A stretch of DNA of 61,961 bases, filler included, from Stramenopiles sp. TOSAG23-3 (Eukaryota): NCBI GenBank assembly GCA_900128585.1. It is 6 parts of 6 records of this genome, joined end to end, with 100 filler letters (N's around TTAATTAATTAA, not from the genome) between each part and the next. Parts side by side here need not be neighbours in the genome. Positions count along the whole stretch, not along the records: positions 51,740 to 61,961 come from LT642837.1; 5 more parts are not named here. One strand, 5' to 3'. Positions 61,961 to 61,961 of the stretch are shown piece after piece. How positions within the stretch are numbered: the stretch's first letter is position 1; each line of letters begins with the position of its first letter. The notes under the pieces were generated by a model. It searched no databases. It had not been told where the DNA came from and saw only the letters and a list, made by a program, of their open reading frames with translations. The position numbers and the translations under genes are program-made.

Positions 61961-61961
61961 T

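Noticed and set aside
1-61961. tRNA, rRNA, snRNA or snoRNA genes; functional gene clusters
   Set aside because: No convincing cloverleaf, rRNA or paired C/D box structure seen by eye (an Infernal/tRNAscan run would be decisive); neighbouring genes are functionally unrelated and the contigs are unlinked.

Overview
Eukaryotic nuclear DNA in the standard code, most likely from a flagellated protist (a heterotrophic stramenopile is a low-confidence guess). The window is not one locus. It is six unlinked contigs of about 10.2 kb, ordered by decreasing length (1-10265, 10366-20624, 20725-30974, 31075-41315, 41416-51639, 51740-61961) and joined by artificial 100-nt N44-TTAATTAATTAA-N44 spacers. It holds about 22 protein-coding genes whose CDSs appear intron-free, separated by AT-rich, microsatellite-laden spacers. 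Recognisable products: TMEM245/AI-2E-like, TPR proteins, XRRA1, group XII PLA2-like, cytochrome b5-acyl-CoA dehydrogenase, CCDC87-like, a WW protein, a Venus-flytrap receptor, a giant surface protein, a 2OG-Fe(II) oxygenase, an AT-hook/PEHE-like protein, CWC15, a NEK kinase, a dynamin-like GTPase, an ARM protein, TFIIH p62, PSMB3, a carboxylesterase and an EF-hand/CAP protein. Best leads: (1) a modular dispersed repeat family found four times, always just 3' of a stop codon; (2) a class C GPCR ligand-binding domain fused to an XK/Xkr-like membrane domain; (3) a dynamin-armadillo fusion; (4) a secreted RxL-punctuated polyprotein with Arg/Pro repeats and poly-Lys tracts; (5) a TET/JBP-like oxygenase; (6) a NEK with a Thr at HRD+2; (7) candidate introns confined to 5' UTRs. 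All protein calls are motif recognition by eye; no database search was run.
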